This document shows positions 1 to 12,959 of a stretch of 64,000 nt of DNA, piece by piece; the stretch's first letter is position 1, and each line of letters opens with the position of its first letter. A model generated the notes under the pieces. It did not search any database. It worked only from the letters and a program-made list of their open reading frames with translations, and was not told where the DNA came from. The position numbers and the translations under genes were made by a program. The stretch comes from Microbotryum violaceum (lineage: Eukaryota): contig LN717261.1 in the NCBI GenBank assembly GCA_001244265.2, forward strand, positions 2,929,591 to 2,993,590, given 5' to 3'.

Positions 1-1279
1 GACTTGGGAATAACGGGAAGGCATTGCTTCGGAACCCCGGTGATGTTACAGTCGAACCGGTTAGTTAGTCATGCTGCCCTGCGCTTTGCTTTTGAAAGAT
101 TGGCACATGCCTGCCAACACGACGGTCACTCCACCGAACCGAGCCGTGGAATAACAGGAAGGCATTGCTTCGGATCCCCTGTGATGTTACAGTCCAAACG
201 GTCATTAGTCATGCTGCTCTGCGTTTTGCTATCGAAAGATTGGCACACGCCCGCCAACGCGATGGTCACCCCACCGAACCAAGACGTTGAGGATCTGCCA
301 AGGGATGGTGAGCCGCAATTCGCGCGACCAGAGCCTGTTTCTTGAGTGATTCGTTACAACTATCAGTATTCTTGCTGTTGTCCATCTGTAGCAATGACAG
401 TGAAGACTCACATTTGGTGTGCCGATGACCCGGATCCTCAACCGTACGAAGTCAATCCTTCCGCGCTATCACTGACGTTCAATGTCTGTTTCTCGTATCA
501 GTTTGTCCGTCATATCTAAGACTGCACAGTCATGTCAAGGGATAACTCACGCATGCAGTGTCACCAGCTGACGGTGAAGAAACAACTCGAGAGTTGACAT
601 TCAAAGAGGACGTGTTGAAGGGAATTTCTGCTTGATAGTTTTCCATTAGCTTCTGAACAATCCCACACCAAGAGCACAGTTCATGAAGTTACTCGAATTC
701 GTAGCTATGTTGCATGCGGCAGGCATTTCTTGATCTCGTATCCGTTGCAGACCTTCCACGACGACCGCTTCGGATGTCGCGAGCTCGAGGTGGCGATGGG
801 ATAAGGTGTGAAGAGCAGGAGGGAGAAAGATGGAGAAGCCTGCGCCTCAGTTTAAACCGGACTCATAGAATGTCGCAGAAGGCCGCGGAACGTCGTGGAG
901 TGAAGCCTGAAGCAGAGGGTCATGTGCCAGGCTGCTTTGATGAGAAATGGAACCTCGACGAACGTTGGGACCTCGGCGAACGTGGACGGAACGGTCTGTC
1001 GCCACGTGGCTTGTCTCCCGTTCTCTGACGTTCTTTGACGTCGACGTTGTAGACACGCAAAACAGCCTGCTTCGGGATACAGAGAGTCACGTGCTATTCA
1101 ATGGAACCTCGGCGAACGTAGGCGAAACGGTCTGAAACAGCGCTAGCTAGCTGGGACGCTGGACCGAGAGCTGCCTATGACGTCACGCCACGTGGTTTGT
1201 GCCACGTGGTTTGTCTTTGTCTCAGGACGTTTGTTATTATGTAGTTTTAAGGATGATATGTAGTTTTAAGGATTAAGGA
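1..1279 (-). mobile_element. Internally deleted Helitron family A copy (helicase motif fragments plus 5' region)
   Basis: 1-145 is the reverse complement of ~11677-11824 (PIF1-type FGGVTVVLAG/intron/xxKQCLPVIPK region). 355-455 matches ~11870-11965, and ~1095-1220 matches the 5' region ~6940-7070 of the large Helitron. Boundaries are approximate. Confidence 0.7.
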
Positions 1280-1280
1280 C

Positions 1281-3848
1281 ATAAAAAAAAGGTCGATCCG
1301 CGACCATGTACCTAAAATCGCGGTTTTTCACTGTGTTGCGGCCCTCTGGGCCGCCTACAGTGAAGGCACCAGTACAGTATTGCGTCTGCCGCACCTGCCT
1401 GTGCTATTGGCGTCACGACCAGAAGTCATGTACGACCTTTTCCGCATTTTCTGCACCATAAAAGTCGAGCTACAGCCCGAAGACAATTTTTGTCGAATTT
1501 TGGCAGGGTGCGCAACTATTGAGCAGTTTGTGTGGGATTTAATGTATAGCAAGCGCGTGGGTTTGCATGACACTTCTTCTACAGAGCTCAGAGGTTGTCC
1601 CGCTGTCTTTGCGGGCGCGGCTTACGGATGCGCCGTCAATCACGTGATGTGTATTGTTTACAACGCGACACCGGTTTTAGGGGCTGAACAACAACAGGAT
1701 CTTCCAGGGGCTGTAAATAGTCCCGCGATACTCTCTCTAATTCTTTCCTTTCCCTCCCACTCACCGAATTTTTGTGACAACCGCGCCGAGTCTGGCGCGA
1801 GGATAGCGTACCGCCGTGCCATGGGAGACCATGGGCCTGCTCGAGCTTACTCGAGCGCCTGCTGCTTGGCCCGCTGCTCGACTCTCCTCTTTGTCCCGCT
1901 CCGATCAACAGAATCAGCTCCCCGCGCACAATGACAACCACTCGACCGATCTTGGTATTACGACCCGTATAAGCGTCCGCCGTACAGCTTTGTAGAACGG
2001 ACGGCGTGGTCAGCGCGAGGGCCCGATGGCCGATCCGACGCTGAGCTCGCCCCACCACCACCTCTTCCTGCGCAGAGGCAAGTGCGCAGGCCTCGAATCG
2101 CGCTCAAACCCCTCAAGCCCCACGTTTCGATCCGCGATGGCCTCGGCCCGCAGACGGCCGTGTGCACCCACTGCAAGGCTCGGCACTGGGAGTGCGAAAG
2201 GTCCAAGTCGACCAGACACTTCAGCGCGTGCTGCTCGCAAGGCAAGGTGCGGCTACCTCGCCCTCCCCAGCCCAATCTCGAGTATCGGCAGCTTCTTCAA
2301 GGCTCGGATAGCGGTCAGTTGCTCCGTCCAACAACGTTCGTCTGCAGTAGACCCACATGCTGAACTGTTCTACCCACCCACACAGAAGCTAAAGCATTCC
2401 GCGAGAATGCCCGGTCGTACAACAACTTGAACGCGCTGTCTTCACTTCGCTCGCTGCCCACTTTGACCAGACTCGACTAGGCACTCAAGGACCCCGCATG
2501 TTTCGGATATTTCGACGCCTTTACCATCGACTCGGCGCCTCTCAGCGCCCTGATTCCTGCCGTCAATCAGCGCCCAACCTTTGCCAAAACATGGCTCATA
2601 TGCCCGGCCGAGGCCACCGACACTCAACTTGGACCCGACGGCGCAGACAGTCGCATACAAAGATCTACTTTGACCAAGCTCGATTCTACGTTGCGTACCG
2701 GCAATCGCTTGGTGAGGGAACTTGCATCAACCAAAGCTCGCGCAGGTTAGGCCAAAGAGTGGGTCCTGCGCCTCTGCCTACCACCTTGCCGAGACCGACG
2801 CACCCACAACCTTCCTACGTCGAGCACCGAAATGGCGATGCTTATCTGGAATTCCGACACCAACACGGGAGATCGTGGACCTCAAGACCTTATTCTCCAG
2901 GTGCACGGTGATCGATGTCCCGAGGGTCGGCCAAAGTACCAAGTCATCAGCTCGCTCCATCCGTCTGCGATGCCTCTGGTACTCACTACTCTTCCCCGCG
3001 GGGGAAGATGGCTTCCACCCCAACATTCCTCTGTGCAGTTCCAACCAGGCTGGGTCACACTTCGCCGACGAAAATGATGAAGACGAGGAGGAAGGGGACG
3101 AAGAGAATGGTGATGGTGAACGAACGCGCCTTCGGTTCTTTCTCGGATGTTTCATTCTGTTAAGGCGCACGCACAGACTGACACTGAACGTTTGAACACC
3201 TAGGACGAAGCTCAAATAAAGGGGATCGAGGTGGCGAGTCTCGCGTTCACAATCATTTGCGTACTACTTGCACAAACGCGACGAGTACTTCTCAATCCCG
3301 CATTGTACCCAACGTGCCTTCCTGGCGTTCGTGATGACGGATACTCCCAGGTCGAGACCGATCGACTCAACTTACCTCCAGTTGGATCAAGAAAAACCTC
3401 CGCCTCACCACGGGCCAAGGCATCATCAGCTTGACCCCGGATCAAGTTGGATGTTCGGTGATTTTGGGCTCAACGTTCAAGAATAGACCGCGCGAGAACA
3501 CGCAGCGTTACCAAGATGCGATGGCGTGCGTCGTAAAATATGGGATGCCTTCGCTGTTCATCACGGTGACGTGCAACCTCGAATGGCCTAAAATCAAGGC
3601 TGCACTGGGACCGAACGACCAAGCATGCAACCGACTGGAACTCATTGCACGAGTGTTTGAAGCCAAGTTGAACCGACTCTGCAACGACGACCGTTTTGGC
3701 AACAAGCAACGGGCAGGCTGTTTGTGAATGAAGAACTGTTTCCTTGCTGTACTTTGTAGTGGTATTTAACCTCTGTTGAAATCATGTAGACTGTTCGGTT
3801 CTCCTGCTATTTGAATTTCACCCACCCGTTAATTTAACGGGTTCCCAC
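1281..3848 (+). mobile_element. Non-autonomous Helitron family B copy (degenerate Zn-finger and Rep N-terminus, 3' hairpin)
   Basis: Fragments CTHCKARHWECERS..FSACCSQGKVRLP (2082-2363) and ILGSTFKNRPRE..QRYQDAMACVVKYGMPSLFITVTCN (3431-3727) are Helitron Rep N-terminal motifs. A hairpin CCCGTTA-ATT-TAACGGG lies at 3825-3841. A near-identical inverted copy lies at 59340-61798. Confidence 0.85.
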
Positions 3849-3849
3849 G

Positions 3850-5091
3850 ATGCGTGTGGTGGCAGACCACACCTCCTCCGGCCTCAACGATGGGATCCAA
3901 CGATCTGATTGTCCAACGGTGTACGATACTATCATCGATTTCATTCGCCTGCTTCGTTGGCATCGTTTCTCCTCAAAGCTCCTTACGGACAACTCAGTCC
4001 TCTGGAAGCTCGACGTCTCTTCGGCGTTCAAAATTTTGGTCCTGTCCAAGCGTTGGCAGGCGCGACAAGGTATAGCGATCAAGCGAAAGTTTCCCGACGG
4101 CAGCGTGCACACCTGGTACCACATTGAATGGCGCGGCGTCTTTGGCTGCCGAGCAATGCTGTTCCTCTGGACTAGGTTCATGTCACTTCTAATGTGGGCG
4201 GCCAACAACACCTTTGGCATCGAGCACCCTCTCGTATACATGGACGACGCGTTCGGGATTGATCTGGTAGGATCAATGGTCCCCTTCGTGCACAATGGAG
4301 CGATTCACATAATCCCGACCCAGCAAGCAGCGATGGCAACGCTGTGGGGCGGCTTGAAGATACCCTTCAAACTTTCACAAGAGAAGGCACCACACGGCAG
4401 GTGTATTACCATCACAGGCATTCGGTGTGACCTGGCCTCATTCTCGGTATCTCTCCCCGAAAAGTCGATATCGGACCTCATCATGGAGATCGATGCTTTC
4501 CTCCTCGAACCGACCCGCCACCCAACGCTTCGCAAATGGCGCCAAATGACGGGCTGGCTGAGCTGGGCGCTCAACGTCGCACCCCAGGCCCGTCCGTACT
4601 TGACTCCGCTCTACGACAAGATAGCCGGGAAGAAGCGCTCGGATGCGGGCGTACACATCAACACCTCAGTGGCAATGGCGCTCGCAGCAATGGCTACACT
4701 GCTTGTAGGATCGCCCTCACTCCCCCTCGACGCCCCTAGTCTGACAAGGTGGGGTCTCAAGGACGCCGATGTCGTCGTCTACACCGACGCATGTCTCAGC
4801 AACAAGACTGGTTCGGGAGCGGGCTTGGGCTTCTGGCTACGGTGGAAGGGCACCGTGCATCACTACTACTGCAGACCGCAGCGAGCCTACGAACGAATAC
4901 AATTTGCCGAGACCTTGACGGTAGTGCTCGCCTTGTCCATTGTTGTCGAGCGCAGCCCATGCTTCCACTTGACAAACTTCGTCGCCTGCGCGACGAAACC
5001 GCCCTCCATGCGCTCGAACCTAAAACACGTTCAGACTACGCTCGCGCACTACGGCAGTGGATTGATTTCATCACCTACTATCGTAGTATAG
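3850..5091 (+). pseudogene. Reverse transcriptase / RNase H of YR retrotransposon (truncated)
   Basis: RT motifs WKLDVSSAFK, GVFGCRA and YMDDAFG; RNase H motifs VVVYTDAC..GLGFW and IQFAETL. RNase H breaks off near 4950. Confidence 0.88.
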
Positions 5092-5897
5092 GCCACCACC
5101 TACCGTATGACCCCACTGAGGATACTCTCTCCGCCTTTATTCGCCACCGCTATCGGACGGTATCCTCGGTCTCCCAAACGCTCTCAGGCCTTGCGTTCAC
5201 CTTTCGCCCAAGGCTCGGCACGGAATGGGAAGGGGCTCGCACCTCGCAACTAGTCACAAACACGATTGTGGGCGGCATCAAGTTGTGGCAACGCCCTCGG
5301 AAGCAAGCCAAACCACTGAGTTCCCGCTCAGTCGCTTTCGCGCTTCGCACGGCAGTGAGTAACCCTCGTCTTGACTACGACTCGTTACTGTTCTTGGCAA
5401 TGGTCGCCTTGGGCTTTGCCTCCTGCGCTCGTAGCGCGGAGCTTGCGTTACCATCAACAATCCAATTCCGCGACCCGGCCAAGCTCCCACGTCGGAGTAC
5501 CGTACAAATGAAGGACGGTGGGTTCTCGGTCCATTTAACGTACCACAAGGCGGACCGCCGGTGGCAAGGCTTGTACCTCTACTTCACTTGCAACACCACC
5601 AACCCCGTTTTCATCACTATTCTGCGTTGCTACCTGTACGCTAGGGATCAAAGGTACCCGAATTCCCCACTCCTGTTTGTGACAAAGGCGGGGCTCCCAC
5701 CCACCCGCACCTGGTTTGTCAGCCGCCTGTGTCGCGCCTTTGGACCGAGCTACAATGGCCACTCTCTGCGCTCGGGCGGCGCCACTCACTATGCTCTCAG
5801 AGGCCTCCCTAAGTCATCAAACGACTTGGTCGCTGGCGCTCCTCTGCTTGGGAGGATTATGTTTGGGTCTCCCCTCAACTGCAGCAAGCCCTCCTGA
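4960..5897 (+). pseudogene. Tyrosine recombinase (frameshifted near C-terminus)
   Basis: N-terminal ALEPKTRSDYARALRQWIDF, box I CARSAEL, HKADRRW and box II GHSLRSGGATHY. The final VIKRLGRWRSSAWEDY (catalytic Tyr) is in a shifted frame from ~5813. Confidence 0.88.
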
Positions 5898-6100
5898 GCT
5901 CGGCATAAACCCCGTATCTTCCATCTCCCAATCATCAACAACAATACACATTACGGGATGCCGGGTTTTATGCCTGATACTGCAACTTGACTCATACCCC
6001 GCTACCTAGCCGCGCTTCTACGAAAGAGTCGATCGCTTTCGGCTTTTGCTGCAAGAGTTTGACGCTGAGGACTTTAGCGCGCGCGACTTCAACACCCCCA

Positions 6101-6225
6101 GCCGTAAGCCGTGCCCGCACGCAGGCCTCCCGCCGTAAGCCGTGCCCGCAAGCAGGCCTCCTGCCGTAAGCCGTGCCCGCACGCCTGCCTCGAGCATAAG
6201 CCTTGGCCCGTAAGCCGCACCCGCG
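6101..6225 (+). repeat. 31-bp tandem repeat GCCGTAAGCCGTGCCCGCACGCAGGCCTCCC, ~3 copies plus a degenerate one
   Basis: Units start at 6101, 6132 and 6163. Confidence 0.85.
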
Positions 6226-6894
6226 CAGAAATTTCCCCAAGCACGCTCCCGCCGCACTGGGTCAGTTCCGCACTGCCTGCTGTTGCCGTACCAGTATTCG
6301 CTGCGTACCTTTGCCACCTCCTGCCAAGGTTGGTTGCCGTCCTAGATCTCTTCCTGCCCTCACGCCCTCTGGCTGACAGGTTTCGAGCATCTCACAGGAC
6401 CTCCCCAGCGATACGAACACGCAACTGCCTCCCAGTCTTCTGCCCTGCCAGACTACGACAGACAGCTGCCCACTGCGTACACCTCTTCTTCTCAACCTTC
6501 CTTGTTGGATTGTTGACTGACTGTTCATACCCTGTATGCAGCTGTTGTGCCCTACACCTGCCAGTGTAGCCGCACCTTCTTCTGCTGAGTACCAAGTCAC
6601 GCTCCCGGAGCTAAGGTACATCACTCCCCCGCATCAGGCTCTACCTTTTGGTACTCCTGCTCACAACTGTCCTTGCTGGGCATGTTGGCTTACTTGGCTA
6701 CCTTGCGCTACAGACTACACTTGCCACCCAACGTGCCAGCGTTCAGGGTCGGTTGCCTTCTTTCAAGTGTGTCACGCTTTCCAAGCAAAGGTATGCCAAG
6801 CCTCCCAGTCTTTGCAGTATTTCTGAGTACTAATAGGATCCACGTTTTCCAAGCAAAGTGTCATATTTTTGAGCTCCTCCCACCCACTAAACTA

Positions 6895-9800
6895 CTAAAT
6901 GAATCTGTCGCCTCAGACAAAGAACGTCAAAGAACAAAAGACAAACCACATGGCGTGACGTCATCAGCAGCTCTTGGTGCAGAGCGTCCCCCGGCCCAGC
7001 TAGCAAGCGCGGTTTCAGCAGGGGTCGGCCAGTGACAGCCCGTTTCCTCTACGTTCGCCGAGGTTCCATTTTCCACCAAGTCAATGACTCTGGCTCAGAG
7101 GACCTGTCTTGCGTGTCTACCACATCGTAGCATAGTTACTTTGAGCATCTACTTCCTGCCACTGCCGAAATGTCATCTGTAAACTTTCACGTACAGAAGA
7201 CTCTCCACTACGAATCTTCATGGAGAGGACAGGGGCAGCCGAGACGTCGCCAACGTGAGCAAGGTCAGCGCGCCGTCCGCGAGGCTGAGAGGGCCGCCAA
7301 CGAGGCTGCTTCGCGCTGTGTGCAAAGGGGGAGGAAATCATCAGCCCAGAACTCGCGCGCAAGGACAGTAAAAAACTTGAATGTGTGGATGCCCGCCGCC
7401 TTCGCGCTCCTCCGCCCAACCCAACCTCCGCTCTAATCACACAGATGCCGCCGCCAACAACCGCTACAACTGCCGACACATCATCTGCTAAGTTTCATGT
7501 GCCGTTTCCTCAACAACAACCTTCACGGAGAGCACAGGGGCAGCAAAGACGTCGGCAACGTGAGCGAGCTGAGCGCGCCGCCCGAGAGGCTGCAGGCGCC
7601 CCTCCGCACAACCCGACTCCCGCTCTAATCGCACAGACGCCGCCACCAATCAATCAACGCGACGTCGCGCAAAATGGATTGTCGAGTCGATCTGCACAGG
7701 CAGCCGGCACTCCCAATGTCGCCCGGCAAGTGCTACAGGCCCGCAGTCCTTCACCTCCGGGCTTGAGATTCGTGCGTCCACGCTTTAATGCAATTCCAGA
7801 CCTCTCTTGCGTCGCCAGTTCGAGTACAGACGCAACTGCGACTTCAGCCACTACTGTCGTCGAACAACGATCCGCGGCGCAGCGTCAACGACGCCAACGC
7901 AAAAGAGGGTGATCGAGCCAGTCCGTTCCAACTGCGCTGCTGCCGTTGCCGGAAGGGCCTTTTCCCCGGCACGATCTTGGATCAATGACGTTGCAGTGTC
8001 CGATCTGTTCGGCTCTACACTGGGAGTTCGAGAAATCACCGACCCGAGGCGGTGCCACACCGTTCAAACTCTGTTACGCGGACGGCAAAGTTCGATTGCC
8101 CGGGATCGAAAAACCCCCGCCCGAGCTGCTCGAGCTCCTGACTGGCGATGGCCCAGGTTAGTACACATCAATTCGTTTAACTTGCTAGAATGAGTACAGC
8201 GGACTAACGGCCTCGCTGACTATCCGTGAAACAGTTGAGACGATCTTTCGGGACCGCATTCTTGCATTCAACGAAAGCTTTGCTATGGCATCATTTGGCA
8301 CGAGCAAGGGCCATGGCATCATCAGCGGCTCCGGACCACCATCTTTCTACCTTAGCGGAACAGTATTTCACCGTATCGGCACGCTGGCACCAGGCCCAGC
8401 AGACGACCCCGTCTTTGCTCAGATTCTCTTCCTGGCTCCAACCGAACGGATTGAAGCCCGACGAAGATTCAACGGACCGCCTGAAGAGGTTCGACGTCTG
8501 GACTCGGCGTATCAGCAGATTGTTCCTGTACTCGACGGCATGCTGCGACTCCACAACAGACGTGTCAAACTGTTCTTAACGCCAAAAGAATTCATGAACA
8601 GTGAAGCGTCTCACATGTATCAGCTCCGCTTACTTGCACCGCGCAATCGAGACCCGAGAACGTACAACTTGCCGACGCAAGAGGTGGCCGTCATACTACC
8701 CGGAGACGACACCGAGTACCGATCTTCAAGAAGAGAGATTGTCGTGCGGTTACGTCACCCGCCAATCAATGACAGCCACGGAATTCAGCTCATTCACGAT
8801 GGTCACCCTGCACTCATGGCACTCACATACCCGCTATTGTTACCGTATGGCGAAGACTGGTACCACGACAGAATCCCCCTCAGCCAAAACGCTATCGCAA
8901 CAGAGGCAGCTCTGCGCGTGCGAGACGAAAACGGTGTATTGCAGTGCACAACAGACAATGCCAACGCCAACCCACAAACCGGAACGGCCGGATCCAAACA
9001 TGTGACACAGAGCCAATTCAACACGTATTACTTCCATATTTGTCCTCACAATATCAGTTACCCGACACTGTTCCTAGGGGGGCGGTTGTTCCAGAAATTT
9101 GTCGCGGACGCCTGGACAATGACTGAACAAGAACGGCTATATTGGATGAGAGCGAACCAGAAAAAGCTCAGAGCCGAAGAGTATTTGTCCCTTCAAGCAA
9201 GCCTGGCTGAAGGACTCGATCCCGCGCAGATTGGCAAAAGAGTCATTCTACCGTCCTCACACACCGGATCACCACGCCAAATGGTCCAACTTTACCAAGA
9301 TGCTATGGCCATCGTTCGTGTTTTTTGTGCTCCGGACATATTCATCACAATGACATGCAACCCTAACTGGTCGGAAATTGTCAACGCGTTGCTTCCTGGA
9401 CAAACCGCATCCGACCATCCCAACATAGTGACACGGGTCTTTCACGGTAAATTGAAAGCTCTTCTGGCGGATGTATTAGGCGTTGGTCGTGCGCCGGGAG
9501 TCTTTGGAAAGGAGGTATGTCATTGGGGGGGTCAATGCTTAAAATATAACATGAATAGAATGCTCACGAGTCTCAATTCTTTGCACAGGTCATCGCATAT
9601 GTCTATGTTGTCGAATTTCAGAAGCGCGGACTGCCTCACACCCACATCCTTTTGATCATGGACCCAGAAGACAAACCAAAAACAAACGACGACTACGACA
9701 AGATAGTCACTGCAGAAATACCGGACCCCAACAAATTTCCCGCATTGTTTGAGACCATCACAAACTCCATGCTACACCGGCGATGTGATTGTCCCGGCAA

Positions 9801-12283
9801 GCATACCTGCCACAACGATCATGGAAAACACACTAAACGGTTTCCCAAACGACTCCAACCGCGGACGACCAGCAAAGACGGTGGCTATCCTCACTACCTG
9901 TGTCGCGGCATACACCAATATGTCAAATTCACAGGCACAGCGCAAGAAGAAGTTTATACGGATGCAAACGTTGTTCCAACAAATCCGTTCTTTGCGTCCA
10001 AGTACAACTGTCATGTCAACGTGGAAATTGCAAGCCGCGTTGCTGCGATCAAGTACCTGTACAAGTACCTTCGTTGCTGCGATCAAGTACCTGTACAAGT
10101 ACCTTTACAAGGGCCACGACCGTACTTCATTCACAATCGACGAACCCGAAGCTCAAGACAAAATCAACAGCTTCCTTGACGCTCGATATGTTTGTGCCCC
10201 CGAAGCCATTCACCGGATATTTCGATTCGGGATGCACGATTGGGATCCCGCAGTGGCCAGACTTGCGCTGCACCTCCCGAATGAGCAACAAGTTCGGTTC
10301 GACCCAGATCACGGAGCACCGGATTTATCAGCGCCACCGGAAACGACGTTAACCGCCTTCATCAAATTGTGCGCCAAGACGCCGCCCGATCACAATGCAC
10401 AAGATTTGCTTTACGTCGACGTACCAACCTAATTCACATGGAACAACAAAGATTGTGCTTGGGTTCCACGAAAAGTTGACAACCGGACAATCGGAAGAAT
10501 CTACTTTTGTGGTCCTCAAGGCGGAGAGCGATACTACTTGTGGCTCCTTCTTCTCAAGGTGCCTTCTCCAACCTTGTTTGCGGATCTGAAGACTTTCAAT
10601 GGTGTTGAGTTTCGAACATTCCGGGAAGCCTGTGTCGAACGGGGGCTCCTATGCAACGACGCTGAAGCCCACAGATGTGTGACCGAGGCAGCGGTCTTCC
10701 GTACTGGCCACGAGCTGCGACACCTGTTTGCCATGCTGTTAGCGGCTGATGATGGAGTCACAAATGCGGCGCAGTTATGGACAAAGCACTATGACAACCT
10801 CACCCAAGACATCGAATACCAGCTACGAAACCAAAGATGGCAGCCGATCATCACACCCAAGCATGTAGCCAGCTGGGGGCTGCTACAGCTCAACAATATT
10901 CTGCAACAACTCAACTCCTCATTGTCAGACCACGGCCTGCCGCTGCCAACGATTCAGTTCGATGACGAAGCTCAACAAATCGTCTTATCATGGAGGAATC
11001 AGCCACAGCAGCAGAACTCGACAAATTGGAGGGTCTCTGGAGGGTCTCTGGAGGAACAACTTTGAGTCATGCAACGCCGAACAACGCGTTGTTGTTGAGA
11101 CAGTTCTTGACTCAATTCTGAACAGCCGCGGATAAGTCTTTTTCATTGATGCTCCGGGAGGGACAGGCAAAACATTCTTGGAAAAAATGACCCTTGCTCG
11201 GATTTGTTCAGAGGGAAAATACGTTCTTGCCGTTGCATCATTGGGTATTGCCGCACTGCTACTGCCAAAAGGCAGAACGGCACATTCACGGTTCAAGATC
11301 CCGATCGGCATCTTCGACGACTCTACGTGCAATGTTCCGAAACAAGGACAGCTCGCCGCGCTCTGAGACGAAGCACCGATGCAGCACCGTCGATGTTTCC
11401 AGCTGGTGGACAGGATGTTGCAAAATGTGTGATCGTCAATGGCTCGGCTTGGTGGACTGACCGTCGTGTTGGCAGGTGTGTGCCAATCTCTCAACAGCAC
11501 AGTGCAGGGCAGCATGACTAACTGACCGGTTGGACTGTTACATCACAGGGGACAAGTTTTCTCAAGATGCCTCCCGTATTCCAAAGTCATGGCCTGCACA
11601 AATTGTCGACGCTTGCATCATGGAATGCTGGCTTCTAGGGGAAAGTTGAAGGGCTGCATCTCGTGGCAGATCCTCAACGGCTCGGTTCGGTGGAGTGACC
11701 GGTGTGTTGGCAGGTATGTGCCAATCTTTCAAAAGCAAAGCGCAGGGCAGCATGACTAACTAACCGGTTCGACTGTAACATCACCGGGGTTCCGAAGCAA
11801 TGCCTTCCCGTTATTCCCAAGTCGCTTGCTTCATGGAATGCTGACTTCTGGGGGGAAGTTGAGGTGCGGCTTGACTTTGTACGGTGCAGAATCCGGGTCA
11901 TGGGAACACTAAATGCGAGTCTTCATTGCCATTGCTACAGATGGACAACAGCAAGAACACTGATAGATGCATGACGTCTCGGAGGTCTGAAGACCAGCAA
12001 CAACATTGTCAATGGGAAAGGCCTGAGCGAGAGCCTTCCGGTCCGGTCCGGTCCCACACAGTTCTTCGCCGAACCCTGCCTCTACCACATCAACATCGAC
12101 GAATCATTCTACTTCCAGAGGATCTAAGGCATATCAATTGCGGAGACTCAGGGAAAGGCAGCAAATGAGTCTATCAATCAATCGCCTCCACCCCAGCCAA
12201 TGCCCGACGTCCACTCTGTCCCGGTGGATGTCGTCATCCAATGGGTCCACCGCCTGTGAACGCTGCGATCTCTCGAAAACTAG
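6895..12283 (+). mobile_element. Helitron family A, near full-length but degenerate (RepHel)
   Basis: Zn-finger, Rep/HUH and PIF1-like helicase motifs occur in order. CTAG followed by T at 12280-12284 is a candidate 3' end without a convincing adjacent hairpin. Both ends are uncertain. Confidence 0.8.
7385..11900 (+). pseudogene. Helitron Rep-helicase (intron-containing, multiply disrupted)
   Basis: Motifs CPICSALHWEFEK..KLCYADGKVRLP; intron 8157-8234; NQKKLRAEEY..GKRVILPSSHTGSPR..YQDAMAIVR..PDIFITMTCNP; intron ~9515-9588 then YVVEFQKRGLPHTHIL (HUH); KYLYKYLYKGHD; Walker A FFIDAPGGTGKTFL (~11140-11180); GIAALLLPKGRTAHSRFKIP. Stops and frameshifts are present, and the helicase C-terminus is missing. 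Confidence 0.93.
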
Positions 12284-12284
12284 T

Positions 12285-12765
12285 TAAAAAAAGTGTCGAT
12301 CCGCAACCATGTACCTAAAATCGCCTTTTTTGCACTGTGTTGCGGCCCTCTGGGCCGCCTATAGTGAGTGTAACAGTACAGTATTATGTCTGCCGCACCT
12401 GCCTGTGCTATTGGTGTCGCGACCAGAAGTCATGCACGACCCTTTCTGCATTTTCTGGACCATAAAAGTCGAGCTACAGCCCGACTACAATTTTTGTCAA
12501 ATTTTGGCGCGGTGCGCAATTATTGAGCAATTTGTGTATGGTTTAATGTATACCAAGCGCGTGGGTTTGTATGACATTTCTTCTACAGAGCGCAGGCAAG
12601 GTCCCGCTGTCTTTGCGGGCAGGCGCGATGCGCCGTCGATCACGTGACGCGCTGTTTACAGCGCGACACCGGTTTTAGGGGCTAAACAACAACATGATCT
12701 TCCAAGGGCTGTAAATAGTCCCGCTCTGCTCTCTTAATTCTTTCCTTTCCCTCCCACTCTCATCA
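12285..12765 (+). mobile_element. Helitron family B 5' non-coding fragment
   Basis: Diverged direct copy of 1281-1770 (AAAAAAAG(T)GTCGATCCGC..CATGTACCTAAAATCGC through CTTTCCCTCCCACTC). Confidence 0.8.
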
Positions 12766-12959
12766 AGTTTTAGTAACACTCATTCAAGGCGAAACCATCG
12801 GCACCATTATGCCCAGGTCCCAAGGTCGTCAGGGAGGGCCATCGCAACCTTGCCAAGTCATGGGCGCGAGGGTAGCGCGGTAGCACCCTGCGTGCCCGCA
12901 TTCGAGGCTCGTCGCCGACCCTGCTCCTTGCATCGACAACCCGCCTGAGTCGCTTCGTC

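Larger units (their letters stand above)
3849..6890 (+). mobile_element. 5'-truncated tyrosine-recombinase retrotransposon (Ngaro/DIRS-like)
   Basis: An RT-RNase H ORF is overlapped by a tyrosine recombinase ORF in another frame, followed by a long non-coding tail. The right boundary is uncertain. Confidence 0.8.

Noticed and set aside
3850-5091. Bacterial retron, DGR or group II intron RT
   Set aside because: It carries RNase H and an associated YR, matching DIRS/Ngaro organisation.
4749-5897. Phage integrase / prophage
   Set aside because: The recombinase overlaps an RT-RNase H frame as in YR retrotransposons, and there are no phage genes.
6101-6225. Possible CRISPR or iteron array
   Set aside because: Head-to-tail 31-bp minisatellite with no spacers.
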